DNA of 64,000 bases from Catajapyx aquilonaris (Eukaryota), in NCBI GenBank assembly GCA_000934665.2, contig JYFJ02001298.1:1-64000 (forward strand). Direction: 5' to 3'. Positions 1 through 12,899 of this stretch are shown in pieces. A program made the position numbers and the translations under genes. The number at the start of each line of letters is the position of its first letter. Within the stretch, counting starts at the first letter, position 1. The notes under the pieces were generated by a model, which saw only the letters and a program-made list of their open reading frames with translations, did no database searches and was not told the origin of the DNA.

Positions 1-329
1 GAGGGGGGGGTGGAAGGAGAGCTGGAAAAAAAAAAAAAGAACAGACGGAGAGTTCGTCGGCTTGAAAAGGTTCGGAAGGCGGCCACATGAGGCCAGGACT
101 GGCTGGAGGGATGCAGAGACATCTAGCGGGAGATTGGACGAACTGTTCCTCATCAGCATCTTTGCATCTGGAACTTGTTTTTGGATCTCATTAGCTATTA
201 ATATTAGGATTAGCAGCTGTGATTGGTTTGGCGAATAAGGCTCTATAACCAATAGGTCTGCATTTTAAGCTATAGTCTAGACCGGGTCTAGACCTTATTG
301 ATGGCTATAACTGGTTTAGTCAGGGTTTG

Positions 330-850
330 TTGCACTAACATGCTACTAGCATCTATAACTGGTTTGGTGCACCAACAGCCACTAACTAGTAGCAGCTATA
401 ACTGGTTTGGTGTACTAACAGCCACTAGCAGCTATAACTAGTTTGGTGTACTTTAACAGCTAGTAACAACTATTAGCAGCTATAACTGGTTTGGTGTACT
501 TAACAGCTACTAACAACTACTAGCAGCTATAACTAGTTTGGTGTACTAACAGCTACTAACAACTACTAGCAGCTATAACTGGTTTGGGGGTACTTAACAG
601 CTACTAAATACTACTAGCAGCTATAACTGGTTTCGGGTACTTAACAGCTACTAACAACTACTAGCAGCTATAACTGGTTTGGGGTACTTAACAGCTGCTA
701 ACAACTACTAGCAGCTATAACTGGTTTGGGGTACTAACAGCTGTAACTGGTTTGGCGCACTAACAGCTCAATGTTCAATGTACTAACAGCTATTAGCAGC
801 TATAGCTGGTTGGGTGTACTAACAGCTACTAGCAGCTATTAGTTTGTTAA
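330..850. repeat. Minisatellite with a variable unit of about 35-48 bp (core CTACTAGCAGCTATAACTGGTTTGGTGTACTTAACAG)
   Basis: About a dozen degenerate tandem copies of GCAGCTATAACTGGTTTGG..GTACT(T)AACAG can be read directly. Confidence 0.9.
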
Positions 851-1648
851 TGGCAGGTTGCAAATTGGGTGACTGAAAATAGGCGGATAATAAATGTAAC
901 TGTAGCAAGTACCACATGAACTTTAATGTCGATCGTTGGCTATAATAAATAATGTGACTTGCAATTGCACTGGACAATACCACAAGGTAAAATGGGGGCA
1001 TGTTTCATTGGGCCAACATGGCAAGAGAGGGTTACACGGTTATCGTTCCGAGAAGCTGCACGGAATGGTTACAAAAAAGTTGTTAACGGGTTTTAACAAA
1101 ATGGAGTTCTCACCCCTTACAGTTAACAGTAAATCACCATGTAAGTTCGGGAAGGGACAGGGCAACAATATACTGGGCAGGCGAAGTTACAGGGGTACAT
1201 TTAAGTATACAGAGACTTTGTTAAGTTATGCACCAACTTGTTGCCCTTGCTTCAATGGTCTAGTCTCGCCAAATTAGTATGATTGTTATTATCAAACTGA
1301 TCAAACTTGTTATTAGCCCGTCATGTAAGAATGACAATTACAATCAGCTCAGCAAGCATAATTCACTAGCAGTTCAGAATTAGCTGCATGAAAACGCCGC
1401 AGCTTATTACGTGACTTGTCCTGACCATCTTATTCGCTGAAGCATGGCGATAATCTTATGAACTTTCCGGTTGCTTCACCGTCGAGTTATGTCACCATGC
1501 GTCAGAAAATAAAATCCTGCAAAACCGTACCTTTCTGATGCTGCCATGTACCAATACTGAACACAGAAACAGATATTAAAAAATTGGAAGCGTGATGCCC
1601 CCGTACCATTTACCCACGTACATTTTTTTAAAAAACCCTGTGTGACAC

Positions 1649-3720
1649 TCATCTCAAGAGAAACTCCTTGTACTTGGACATCCCCTTGAGCTGCCTCCTC
1701 AGCTGCGAAACAAGATCTGCGGGCTGTAGCAGCACTGAAATGTCCCTCCCGACCGCACTCAGCCTATCCCTCACCTCTCCAGTCTTTGGAAACAAACATA
1801 GCGGCCTCCCATTGACCTCAGTTAAGGCCCACGGACAATGGGAGACTCCATCACAAGTCGGGGCCTGCGTGGGCAGCCCCGCCTCCGCAACAGGCCCACC
1901 AGGAACCACCTCCTTCACCACACTTGACTTCTCGCCATTGTTGCTTTCAAGCACTATTCCTAGTCCTCCACCAGATGAATGATCCCGCTTCAGCACCAGG
2001 ATTCGTCCGAACGGAACACGACGAACGACTAGCTCAACCCGAGCGGAATCATCCAAACGCAGGAGGCTTCGAGCTAGTGAGGCCGTGTGGACTGCCACAC
2101 CATCGACAGACGCCAGCTGGTCCCCTATGTGTAAGGCAGTGTACAGAACTGGATGCTGGCGCTGTTTCCATCCTGCAATCCTGAAAATAGTTGGGCACAT
2201 TAGGATCAAATAAGGATTGACGCAATAGACGAGCACAACATGCGACTCACCAGACAGTGTTGAGATAGTCAATCAGGGCGAGGGTCCCATTGCAGTCCTT
2301 TCGATGTAGTCTAAGTCTCACTCCTGCCGGATGCTGCATTTCACATCTGAGTCGGCTTGCCTGCATCTCTTTTAGCGAGAGTGGCGGAGGTGGCGGCGGC
2401 GGCGGCAGATTCTCTCCCTGTACTTCAATATCGTGATTTCCCTCAGGTGGCGACATGGGGGTTTCCTCCTGAGGGTAGAGTCGTTCGTAGGTCTGCTCTG
2501 AGTCGGTCAGTGTGTGAGAGAGGAGATCAAAATCGAACACATCTGGTGGGGGGTTGGAAGAGTTGTCCAGTGAAGGTGGTGGCGGCAGTGGAGAGTTGGG
2601 ATCGCGGCGAGTCGACACTCCTGATGGAGTAGTCGGTTGAGGAGCAGGCGGTGTCGGAGGAGGAAGGCGTCCGTACAAGTTGACTGCTGGAGACAGTATG
2701 CCCATGACTCGGAGGCGGCCGCGGATTACTTCGACCCATTCCTGCAAACAAGAAGAAGCTAGTTGCAAAAACAGATCTCCAAACGTCATGATTAGAAAAT
2801 GCCTCCTAATGTTAATGATATTTGTAACGTATGGAAATGTCAAGTAACCTGCGTCTCTTCCAAGGTTGCGTAGTCATCCATGGCAAGTGACAGAGTTGCA
2901 GGCTAATACATCACGCAGAATTCTCAAAAATGCGTAATTACCAAATCAGCATTCTTTAGGACAATGGGGACAATCAAAAACACTCTGCAACCTTATCATG
3001 CATTATCTTTACGAGAAAGGCTTCCACTAAGCAGCTTTTTGACTCAGCACTTGTCGGGTACTGTTTTGCTGTCATTTCATGGGTTTGAACATGTTGCTCT
3101 CATTAATATTTTAAGCGATAAATTCGTCTACAGATGCGATTCAACTAGGCCAGGCGACAGATCAGTAACTTTGGATTTTCTTACGGCAGGTAAGTTGCTC
3201 GTGTGACACTTAATTTTTTATATGCAGTATAAGGCACCACTGAATCTGGCCTCAAATTCTAACAAATGATTGTTTATATTTTGAAAAAAACTATTCCGCA
3301 TCGCACAGTTTGAATTGAAGGTACCAAGCTGATCCACACCTGCATCTCGGCTCTTGTGTCAGCCACCAAATGTATAACCTCCCTCTCAAGAGTGACTGCA
3401 AATCCGTGTCCTCCTTCAGGACCCGGATAAGGCAGAAGTCCTGGCGAAACATGCCTGCAGTTCTTAAGAGACAAGGGTCTTGCTGGACGGTGGCCAGAGG
3501 CTGCCCCTGGGTCGGCATACACTTCCAGGAAAGGGTTGGTGTCATCGTGAATACAAAACACCACCCACACACGCTCCGAGCACTTCTTGTTGCGTCCGGA
3601 TGATGTCGCCCGACGCAACCACGCACTCTTGTGGATCTCTCGTACTTGGAACCGGTTGTGCGGGTGCATCGGGATTGGTCCTGTTTCCATTCTGCCACAC
3701 CTATCACTTCCTGGAAACAT
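1649..3720 (-). CDS. Adaptor/scaffold protein: N-terminal PH domain, Pro-rich linker, C-terminal PDZ-like domains. Exons about 3720(or 3690)-3340, 2741-2251, 2180-1649
   Basis: The PH-like pattern IHKSAWLRR...RVWVVFC...FLEVY...LSLKNC...IHLVADTRAEMQ|EWVEVIR is joined across a GT-AG intron. PDZ-like segments are LHIGDQLASVDG and GLGIVLE...VKEVVPGGPVAEAGL. Splice phases are compatible. Confidence 0.75.
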
Positions 3721-4714
3721 TCAAAATCTAATTTTTTGGGGAGATAATCCGCACCCTGATAATTAGGCGTGCAGCATATTATATTTGTATGCAAATTTGC
3801 AATTTTATAGTATTCCACATCAGGTTACACCTTCAATTTTTAAGCTTACGGTTCCAATTATCTACGTACTATGCTAGTTACTAGTTGAAGCAACACATAA
3901 ACATCCGGTAGCTTTGTTGTTGTTGTTGTAATTAATTACTTTGCTGAAATGTAATGCCATTTTTTGAAATGCCCAATTTTTATTTCTGGCAACGCACCCC
4001 AACAGGCCTGCGGAGACGATGACGAGTTCCAGCGTGCCAGAGGGGATAGGGCGGCCCACAGCATCCAGGACAGGTTCACATCAGATCATGGCCCCACATC
4101 CTCTTCGGCCCACAGCCTTTTTGTCCTCTCTTCCCCTTTCACCTTCTCAAAAAAAAAATTATTCTATTTTCTGTTCAGTGCCATCAGTGGAGGACGCCAT
4201 TTTGAAAACAGGAAAGTTGAAGGGGGAAAAAAAAAAAGATGATACGTTCTAACTCTGCTCCCTCATGCGCATGCGGATCACTCAGCATTTTTTATTGGCC
4301 ATCAGTACTTAACTCTGGCTTCTTATTGGTTGGTGGCATGGTATATGAAGTCGGATTGCACATGTAAATTTCCGGATCGTATCCAATGAGGTGTTAGTTT
4401 CTCCACTGGTCGTCAGATGGCAGGTATTTCAAAAGCAGATGAGCATTTGTCGTGCACGCCATCAAGCGGGAAGATTAGAAAGTAGGAGTTCTGAAATGGA
4501 GGAAGTTGTTGTTGTTGTTTTTTTTAAAATAATGCTGCACGTACATTAAATCGGACCAAATTAATAAAATTACCTACAATTTATTTATTTTTTGGGGTTC
4601 GTACAGTACTGTCACTATGCCAAGGTACCTTATTCATGTAGGTTGAGCGCATGCGTAGTAACCCGAGAGCGGCAGTTCAAATCATTTTTGACTACTTATC
4701 CTTTAACTCATTGG

Positions 4715-4782
4715 AATTAGACTCCTCAGAACTCTATAGAACTCCTTAGAACTCCATAGAACTCCTTAGAACTCCTTAGAAT
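4715..4782. repeat. Short tandem repeat with a 10-bp unit (AGAACTCC[T/A]T), about 6 copies
   Basis: Directly visible in the sequence. Confidence 0.8.
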
Positions 4783-5133
4783 TGTTCTAAGACCGTGCTT
4801 GGAATACTGGAAATCGGTTGCTTCATCAACTGTGAAGGTAAACAGATAAGTGACAACAAAAACGTTGTCAGTGTCCAGCATGTTCAGTTAATTTAACTTA
4901 CGTTATGTCAATTACAGTTAGTACATGAAACCCTGTAAGTATAACACGATCCTGATTTTTTTAAAGTTCATGTATGTGTGAAAAAATGAAGCATAGACCA
5001 GCAAGTTGCTGTCAATGATGGAGAGAAAAAAAGTAATGTGGTTTATGTTACAATTCAGTAATGCAGATTACACAGTTTTAAATACGAATTTTGGATTTGA
5101 GGCCAACTGGTTTTTTTTAACGATTGGCTAATT

Positions 5134-6813
5134 CTACCAATCCATGTGAGGTGGGACTGCATTAATTCTGGGACTGTTTTCAGAGTAGAACTGGTTGAAC
5201 CACCGTCGGAATCGTCGGATGCTCTTTTCCTCCGCCACAATTAGAGGACGTGAGAGGAACTGCTTGGAGTTCCAGATCCTGATGTCTCTTTCCAGCATGA
5301 CAGACTCTGCCCAGAGGACAGTCTTGTACAGTGGAAGTAGAGGTCCGAAAGGCGCGTATATGTGATGCACCACACGCTGCAGAAGCGGCTCAACTGGAGT
5401 CACAGCCTGGAAAACAACCAAATTAATCAAAAAACAATAGTGGTCATGGTGGTGACATCGGTACCTGTATAATCCAGCATGTACCGAATGGCAGATGCAG
5501 GTTCATGAACACGAAGGACGGTCCCACTTGCATGATCTCGACGTCTACAAAGAAGAACTGGAAGCCAGCCACCTGGAAATGGTGTGTTATTTGGACGTAT
5601 GCCACATGCTTGTCCCTCTTGGTCATCAACTGTCCCTTCTCGTCGTCTTCTCCATCCAGTTGACCGTTGCTCTCTTCGTCGCCTGTGTGCCACTGACCTG
5701 TCCACACATGTTGACCCAACGAAAAAACGGCCGGCTCCGAATGTATCTGGTTGAAGTGACCAGTGTCCGCCCCATTTTCAGGCAGCTCCTGAATGTGGCA
5801 TCCGACCCAATGCTCAGTCCGTCCACTTTGCAACCATCGACCTGAGGTCACCTCTGGAGGAAATTGGGGAGCCCACTCTGACCCCGTGCCCTCAGCGTGG
5901 TACCAAACCAGGATCCAACCACCAGCCTCCATACTCTCCCATAGTCCAACCCTCGCCGTTTCAGCAGCTGGTAATCAAAATTGGTTTAAAAATTTTATTA
6001 CATTGACAACAATGTATACTATAACACGCAAAAAGATTGTCGCACTGTGTCCGCGACTTTTTGTTTACCCTCCTTGCCGCAAGGGGCGTTGCCAAATACC
6101 ATCACGTGCAGGCCAGCATGCTGGCAACGCCCCTTGCGGCAGGAAGGTAAACAAAAAGTCGCGGACACAGTGCGACAATCTTTTTGCGTGTTATAGTACC
6201 TTTGTTGGCATAAGGCACTTTGACGCATCGTCCGTCTTTCCCGCTGAATCGCCATCCGTGGAAAGGGCAGGTGATGCAATCTGATTCCTCCACTTTGCCT
6301 CCGACACCAATGTTGGCTCCCAGATGAGGGCAGTAGGCGTCCATCACACGTACTTCGCCTTCCCAATTGCGCCATACCACAAATTCTTGTCCTGAAAAAT
6401 CAGAAGACCATCGGATATGACCAAGTTTCATCAACACAGAATGATAGCGAGAAGCACATACCAATGGCCGATGAGGATTTGACCTGCCCAGGGGCGACCT
6501 GGTGAGATTCCAGAAGAGCAAACCATCCGTTTGGATAAGCTGGTGGTAAGTGTTGGTCCCTCAAAGGAGCCATCTTCTGCTTGATCTTGGCCCTGACCAG
6601 TTGCCTTTTGGACAGTCCCATTCGACTAGAGTCATCCTCTTTCACGTGATCCCAGCCCACTTGGGTCAAGGTTCGAGTCAGGTTCAAAGGTCGGTAGATC
6701 ACCCAAAGGAACCAGAGGCCAAGGGTTGCGACCATCAGAAGCAGGAGGAACCACTGCTGGATGCCAACCAGCGCCATCGCCACCAACCATACCCATGCCC
6801 ACCACCACCACAT
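5134..6813 (-). CDS. nvd: Neverland/DAF-36 Rieske oxygenase (cholesterol 7-desaturase). Exons 6813-6462, 6391-6200, 5967-5465, 5406-5134
   Basis: It has an N-terminal hydrophobic anchor, PPAYPNGWF, the Rieske motifs CPHLG and CPFHGW, the mononuclear iron motif ENGADTGHFNQIH, and C-terminal ERDIRIWNSK and FRRWFNQFYSENS. All introns are GT-AG with matching phases. Confidence 0.95.
6017..6198. mobile_element. MITE-like foldback element (arms of about 78 bp) flanked by TA, in nvd intron 2
   Basis: TA-CTATAACACGCAAAAAGATTGTCGCACTGTGTCCGCGAC... at 6017 is mirrored by its reverse complement ending ...GCGTGTTATAG-TA at 6198. TA on both sides fits a Tc1/mariner-type target-site duplication. Confidence 0.85.
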
Positions 6814-9715
6814 CGACAGAGGCAGCCGATTATCTGTCAATGTATCGTACAGTTTATATGCCACAAAACCAGCTTGCTTGCAAGTTTACTCCGGAAAAAT
6901 ATCATTTGGCTACTTGATTGCCCTCCTTCAAACTTTTAGGGGACGCAGAAATCAGGAGTGATCAATATAAAAAAAAAAAAGTTTTACGGTTACCGTCACT
7001 GATGTGATTACTTATGAAACTAGTACATGCACCGTAATGAGTTCAAGAAGACTGTACCCAGGGTAACCTTGACATTCAGACGTAGAAACATTGCACAATA
7101 TTAAGTGGAGGCGTTGTCTCTCATTTTCAAATCTTTGTATTACGCGTGTTCGCATTTACAATGTTGCGCAGGACATGTTGCTTAGTATATAATTATGTGA
7201 TCTCTATACGCAATTCAGAATTGACATCAGACTCTCGCTTTTATGACCATAGTCCCCACCTATATATTGATGCGTATTATTTTATGAGGCTAATGTGGAC
7301 TGCGCATTAAAGCGGCATCGCTCCAATCGTGTGTCATTGTTCTGTGTACCACATGTCAGCTGTCTGATTTCCTAATATCAACAAAATAGTCCAGGCAATG
7401 AAGGGGGTGTAGACGGAAATGACGGGACGGCAACAAAAAGCAATTAAGAGAAAAATGAGTGAATCCCTCTTCCTTCACCTCTCTTATATTATATATGGAA
7501 GTGCACGTAATTGTCTGAGGAAGATCGAATTTGATTAATAGCAGAAGTGTGACTGTAGCTACGGTAATAATCTCTAGAGGATAAAATAAGGCAGCCTGGC
7601 AGCGTGTGGAACTAAACGAGCTGACCTATGATCCCACACGACGTTTTCCGTGCTTTCCCACTTTAAAAAAATGCATTGTCTTCAGAAACTAACCTTACAA
7701 CAGTCTATTTTAGCATTTCTCACATATAACCATTCCCAAAAATTACATGCTCATACGAACGATTTCTTGCCAAATTATTAATATTGCACTGTTCTTCTGT
7801 GAACATTTTTGGGACATGAAAATATTATATAAATTTCACAACTTTCATAGGAAGGAAAAATTGCACCTGCATGTAATTGAGAGGTCAGGTTTTTTTTAAA
7901 TAAATTGACAGTGTTACGTGCACTTGTAGCACGTGGACCGGTTATTAATAGCTTTAAAATCGCGTGACGTAATTTATATGAAGGCTCCCGACGACAAGAT
8001 TTGACGACAAGGCTAATGGGGAATCACAGCAAGTGTTTTTCTCCTGCTCGACATCGCGGCGCAGTATATTGTCTCCAAAAGAGGTTCTGATTACACCTCA
8101 TGAGAAGAGAGGTCGGTGTATATCTAAAAAGTCCATCTGCAGCCACCAGCAACTCATGGAAAATTCATGGGATCTGCATCCGTTCCCTTGCGACATCAGG
8201 AAACTATCGACGTCCAAACCCCTCTCCCAAAAAAAAACTAGATGCACGTCATATATTTTCTTTACCATCAATTTAAGACACGACACACTTTTTTGCATAA
8301 ACTTTTTTGATTATTGGTATACTAAAAATGTGCAATTTTTTATTATTATAAAAATGACCATATCGTCTTTAGGGTACGATTTTGTTTACACGACAGGACG
8401 CCTACTACAGTTCGCCTTAACTATCCTTTCCGCATTGCTACGAGCCAGAATTATGTCACGTCAATTGGACCACCCAGCAATATTTTCGGTCGTCCTGTCA
8501 ATCCCCCCAGACGACTGACCATAACCTGCACAATAAAAGGGTCTAATTCACTCTCAATATTCGCATTGGTTTTTGCACAATTCGCACCAACTATACTGAC
8601 ACGCACGTTGATGAGTTAATGACAACAACTCATACATTTATTACACTAAAACTGCATCTCTGCAGGTAGTATTTTTCTGCTTCAAAAAGTGCCCAAATCT
8701 ACAACCGGTTGTAAAACTGATCGTATATGATAACTGATCGATTTTTGTAAGGGACCTTGGAGCACTTAATGCCACTCATGGCCAACACTACATCTCAATA
8801 TGGGCCAATGCAATAATTCGACAGTCGCCCTCCCAAAAAAGTGGCCTTGAATTTTGGCAATGCTCACCTTATTTTTAGTGAAGCGGGGGAGGGAAAAAAT
8901 GTCCCCAAGTTGTACCAGCAAAGGAGTTGAGCTGCTGCACACTCAAGACGCTGAGGACAAATGGAGCGCGGGAAGAAAAAGAGCGACGCTGTGGGGTCTC
9001 TCTCTCTCATATGGAAACAGACGGCACCTATCGGACCTATTTGATTTGCAGATACAACTTGAGCAACCAAAGGAAAACAAATGGAAAATTAATTCATGTG
9101 TCTCAACCCAGCATATATCGGCGGTGTCTTTGTTAAAAAGGAATCACTTAAAAGAGGCCAACAAAAAGGAGGAAAAACAAGACTTCCCCCCCCCCTCTTC
9201 AAGAAAAAGGACGAAAACGTCCCCAAAAGAAAAGGAATGTCCCGAGACAAATTTAGACCATATAGAAAAGGACCAATGTTGCAGCAATAAAAGAAGAATG
9301 GTCCCCCCCGCCGACCTTGAGAAGGCGACCTTCCGCAATTTGTGCCGAAAAAAGACCCCCTGTTTTGTGGGCCAAGAAAAGGGAAAATCTCTTTCCCTCA
9401 GGACATGATGTCTCCTTCCAGTCCGGCGCGTCTCAAGGGCGTCCAATCCAATATATTGTGACAGCTTAACTGCTTTCAACTAGCAGCTACTGGTTAAAAG
9501 AATGTCCAAATTTTTTCTCTCATAAAAATTGCGACAATCCCACTAATTAATTCAGGCTTCCTTAGCAAAGTTTATGAGTAAATAATATTTGTTGCATCAT
9601 TTTTACAGCTATTTTTTGAAATCGCTGCTTATATTAAGCAGCTGAAAAGACAACTATTTTGGCGCCCATCCGGCATATGTCTCTTCCTCAGTAGGAATTT
9701 GGAGACGGAAGAAGA

Positions 9716-12005
9716 ATGGTCTCGATTCTCTTGTTCGTCGTTTACGTCATACTGTGGGCCATCCTGCTCTGGTTGTGGTAAGATATTTACCTCATATTAA
9801 CGTTCTTGAGTACAATAATAAATAAAATTCATTACCGGTATAATTATTATTATAGGGGACTTGAGGGTTATTTCCTCGTGGAACTGGCCTGGAACCACGT
9901 GGTTCCAGGAACAGGTGTACGCACTTTTTTGGGGAGTGGTTACCTCCCAATTATTGGTATGATTTATTATGATTTTTTAAAGTATATTCTTGATAATATG
10001 CTATTATATGATTAGGATTATTGGGGGATGATAATTATTGGGGTAAATTCATATTCAAACCAAGTACATGCAATCACATGGTTTGCTTGCTCTTGCTCGC
10101 TTTTTATTACAAATAAAAAATTATTACAAAAAAAATTATTACAATTAAAAAGTCGGAAATAATAGCACGTACGCAGATGATTCACAGTAACTATTGGATA
10201 ACTACAACAGTTATAGTTGTCTGGGAGATATAATAGCATCGGTCATATTTATCTTGCCTCTGACAAAAATGTTTTGGAAAAACATCCCGTATAATTACCT
10301 GGAAACATTTTTGTCAGATATTATTATTATTCTCTATGCTGAGGTTACACCTCATTATCGTGCAGGCGTGCAGCAATAATTCACGTGTATGAACACAATA
10401 TTCTTTTTTGGGGTTATTGTCGATGTTGAAAAAGTTTCTTTTGATTGCATTAACAGGAACACCAGTAACCAAGCTAAGGATGAAAAGAAATATGCACCAA
10501 GTCCAGGGTGGGCCGTCCCTGTTCTGGGTCACCTTCCGCACCTACTTCGGCTTGGATCTCACCCAGTGTTGACCTTAGAGCATCTGACTCAGAAGCTTGG
10601 GCCCGCTGTCACTCTTCGGATGGGAAATGCGCACTGCCTGCTTCTTAGCTCCCAGCAAGGAATCCGAGAAGTCTTGCACCACCAGGCCTATAGATTCTTA
10701 GACAGACCTAGCTCCAAGAGACTGTCCACACTCTTCGCTAACGATGCTGACAACTGTAAGGACAATCATCAATATTCAAAATTTCCTTGATCATTCAAGA
10801 GTTCAATGTTATATGTAATTTCCACAGCCTTGGCCTTCTGCAAGTGGTCCGAAGTCCATGAGAGGCGACGCTGGATCACACGCCGCAGATGCAGCTCCAG
10901 CACTTACTTGATACTGGCGCTCGAAGCTGAGTCTGAGACGTTGATAGACCACTTGCAATCTCTTGCCACTCAGGGACCATTCGATCCAAAATGGGCTCTG
11001 CACAAGGCGTGTGCCGGAGTGTTCACTCGCTTCCTCTGCGCTTCTTCCTTCCAATGGACTGACCCTCATTTTGAAAAAATGGTGACCACCTTTGACTCCG
11101 TGTTCTACTCCATCAACCAGCTGCACCCAATCGATATTTTCCCATGGCTCTCCCCGTTATACTCGCAATACCTCCAAGACTTGTTGGACAAAGCAGCAGA
11201 GGTACGCAGTTTTATCCAGCACCACATAATCCAGCCTCGTCTGAAAGGTGCTCATATTGGAGACCTCACTGGAGCCTTGCTGGATGAAATGGAAGCTGGA
11301 TTTTTTACTCAAGAACAAACCCTTTTCACATTGGAAGATCTTCTAGGTCAGTGCATATTGAGTTCTTCATTAAGTTGCTTAAATTCCCCTACAATATTTT
11401 ATAATTTATCTAATGGATTGCCTCTTCCTATTCTAGGTGGACACTCTGCAGTTGGAAACCTTCTTCTGCGGTTGCTCGGTGAGGTAGCAATGCACTCGGA
11501 TGTTCAAGCCCGTATTCAAGCTGAACTGGACGCACTGTCTCCTCACAAACTCGTGCTTGCGAACCGCCATAAGTTGCCGTACCTCACTGCCGCCATTTGG
11601 GAGACATTACGTCGCACTGCATCACCGTTGGTACCACATGTAGCAACTGATGATGCAACCGTACTTGGCTACCACGTTGAGAAGGGAACTGTTGTTCTGC
11701 TGCACAACTGGGGACTGTGCCGGAGTCCTGAGCTTTGGTCCCACCCCGAGTCCTTCTACCCAGATCATTTTATCAAAGATGAGAAAGTGGTACGTCCAGA
11801 CCACTTCCTTCCATTCGGGGGTGGCCCACGGGCATGCCTGGGATCTCGCATCCTGCTCGATTCAGTCCTCTCCCTCTCCGCAGCCATCCTGCTTCACTTT
11901 AACATCCGAATAGAAAATCCAGACATGATAAATTGGCCTCTCGCATCTATTGCACTCCCTGCAACCACTTTCCCGTTTCACTTCACACCCCGATGTCACC
12001 CCTGA
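9716..12005 (+). CDS. spo: Cytochrome P450 of the CYP307 family (spook/spookier-type Halloween gene). Exons 9716-9777, 10457-10755, 10828-11346, 11437-12005
   Basis: The membrane-anchor exon MVSILLFVVYVILWAILLWLW splices in frame. CYP307-type signatures are DNSLAFCKWS and LEDLLGGHSAVGN (I-helix without Thr). It also has ETLR, VPHVAT and the heme motif FLPFGGGPRACLG. Confidence 0.92.
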
Positions 12006-12899
12006 AACTATAGGTGATATAAATGAGTCAACAATGATCCAGTCACAAACTGTATTTAATTTAAAATAAGTTTCCACTCTTTTTTTTTGTACCCTTACTA
12101 AAAAATAAAATTGTTGCACTAAATCAGCCTTTCCATTCAAAAAAATTTCCCCTCGGAGGGAGCGATGAAGAAAAAACTGCGGTGAATACACTCTCCAATA
12201 CTTCACATGGGAGAGAAAAAAAAATTCTCAGCCATATAATTGCATGTATAGACCCCAAAAAAAAGTACAATTCATTTCCTAAACACTACATGAACAGGTA
12301 ATGAAGCCAGTTGCTCCAAAATACATTTTTTATACAACATTTGTATGATTGTTTTTAAATTTATAAATTGATTAGCTATTGCAAAACCGGGTCCAATCTT
12401 ACTCCCCAATATTATGATAACGCATTCTTATAGACAGGGAGAGAGACACGAGACTACCACCACAAAGAGCTTACGATTGGGAGAGGATTCATTAAGAACA
12501 TGACATAAAATTATCCATATTATACGTGTAAAGAAAAATATACCCTGGTCATCGCATATTTTAGAAATACTGCACCAGATTCCAAAAGTTCCATCAAATT
12601 TGCGTACCATGTTGCCACATTCACATTCGTTATGTGGCGCAATTAATAAAAAGTTTCACACTGCAAATCACTGGCAGCGAGTCCCACACTATGCTAAAAC
12701 ACAATTATTTTTTTTAAACCACTAGAACTTGCAAGGTTAAAATATCTTGCCATTCCTGATGCCAAAATTGTACTAGTAAATTTCGAAAGGTTTTTTTTTT
12801 TTGGGGGGGTGGGAGTAAGGTAATGGTAGGGGGAATAAAAGGGGTAATTTGTTTTCATCGTTTCCTTGGAGTGAACCTGTTACGCCTCCTGCGATGATG

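Noticed and set aside
330..850. Repeat array superficially like a CRISPR array
   Set aside because: There are no unique spacers, the units are degenerate tandem copies, the context is eukaryotic and there are no cas genes.
8033..9479. ORFs of 161 and 184 aa between nvd and CYP307
   Set aside because: They start at non-ATG codons, have no recognisable domain, consist of low-complexity A/C-run sequence and show no convincing splice structure.
11755..11775. PDHF instead of PERF in CYP307 as a sign of pseudogenisation
   Set aside because: His at this position occurs in functional P450s, and the frame, ExxR and heme Cys motifs are intact.
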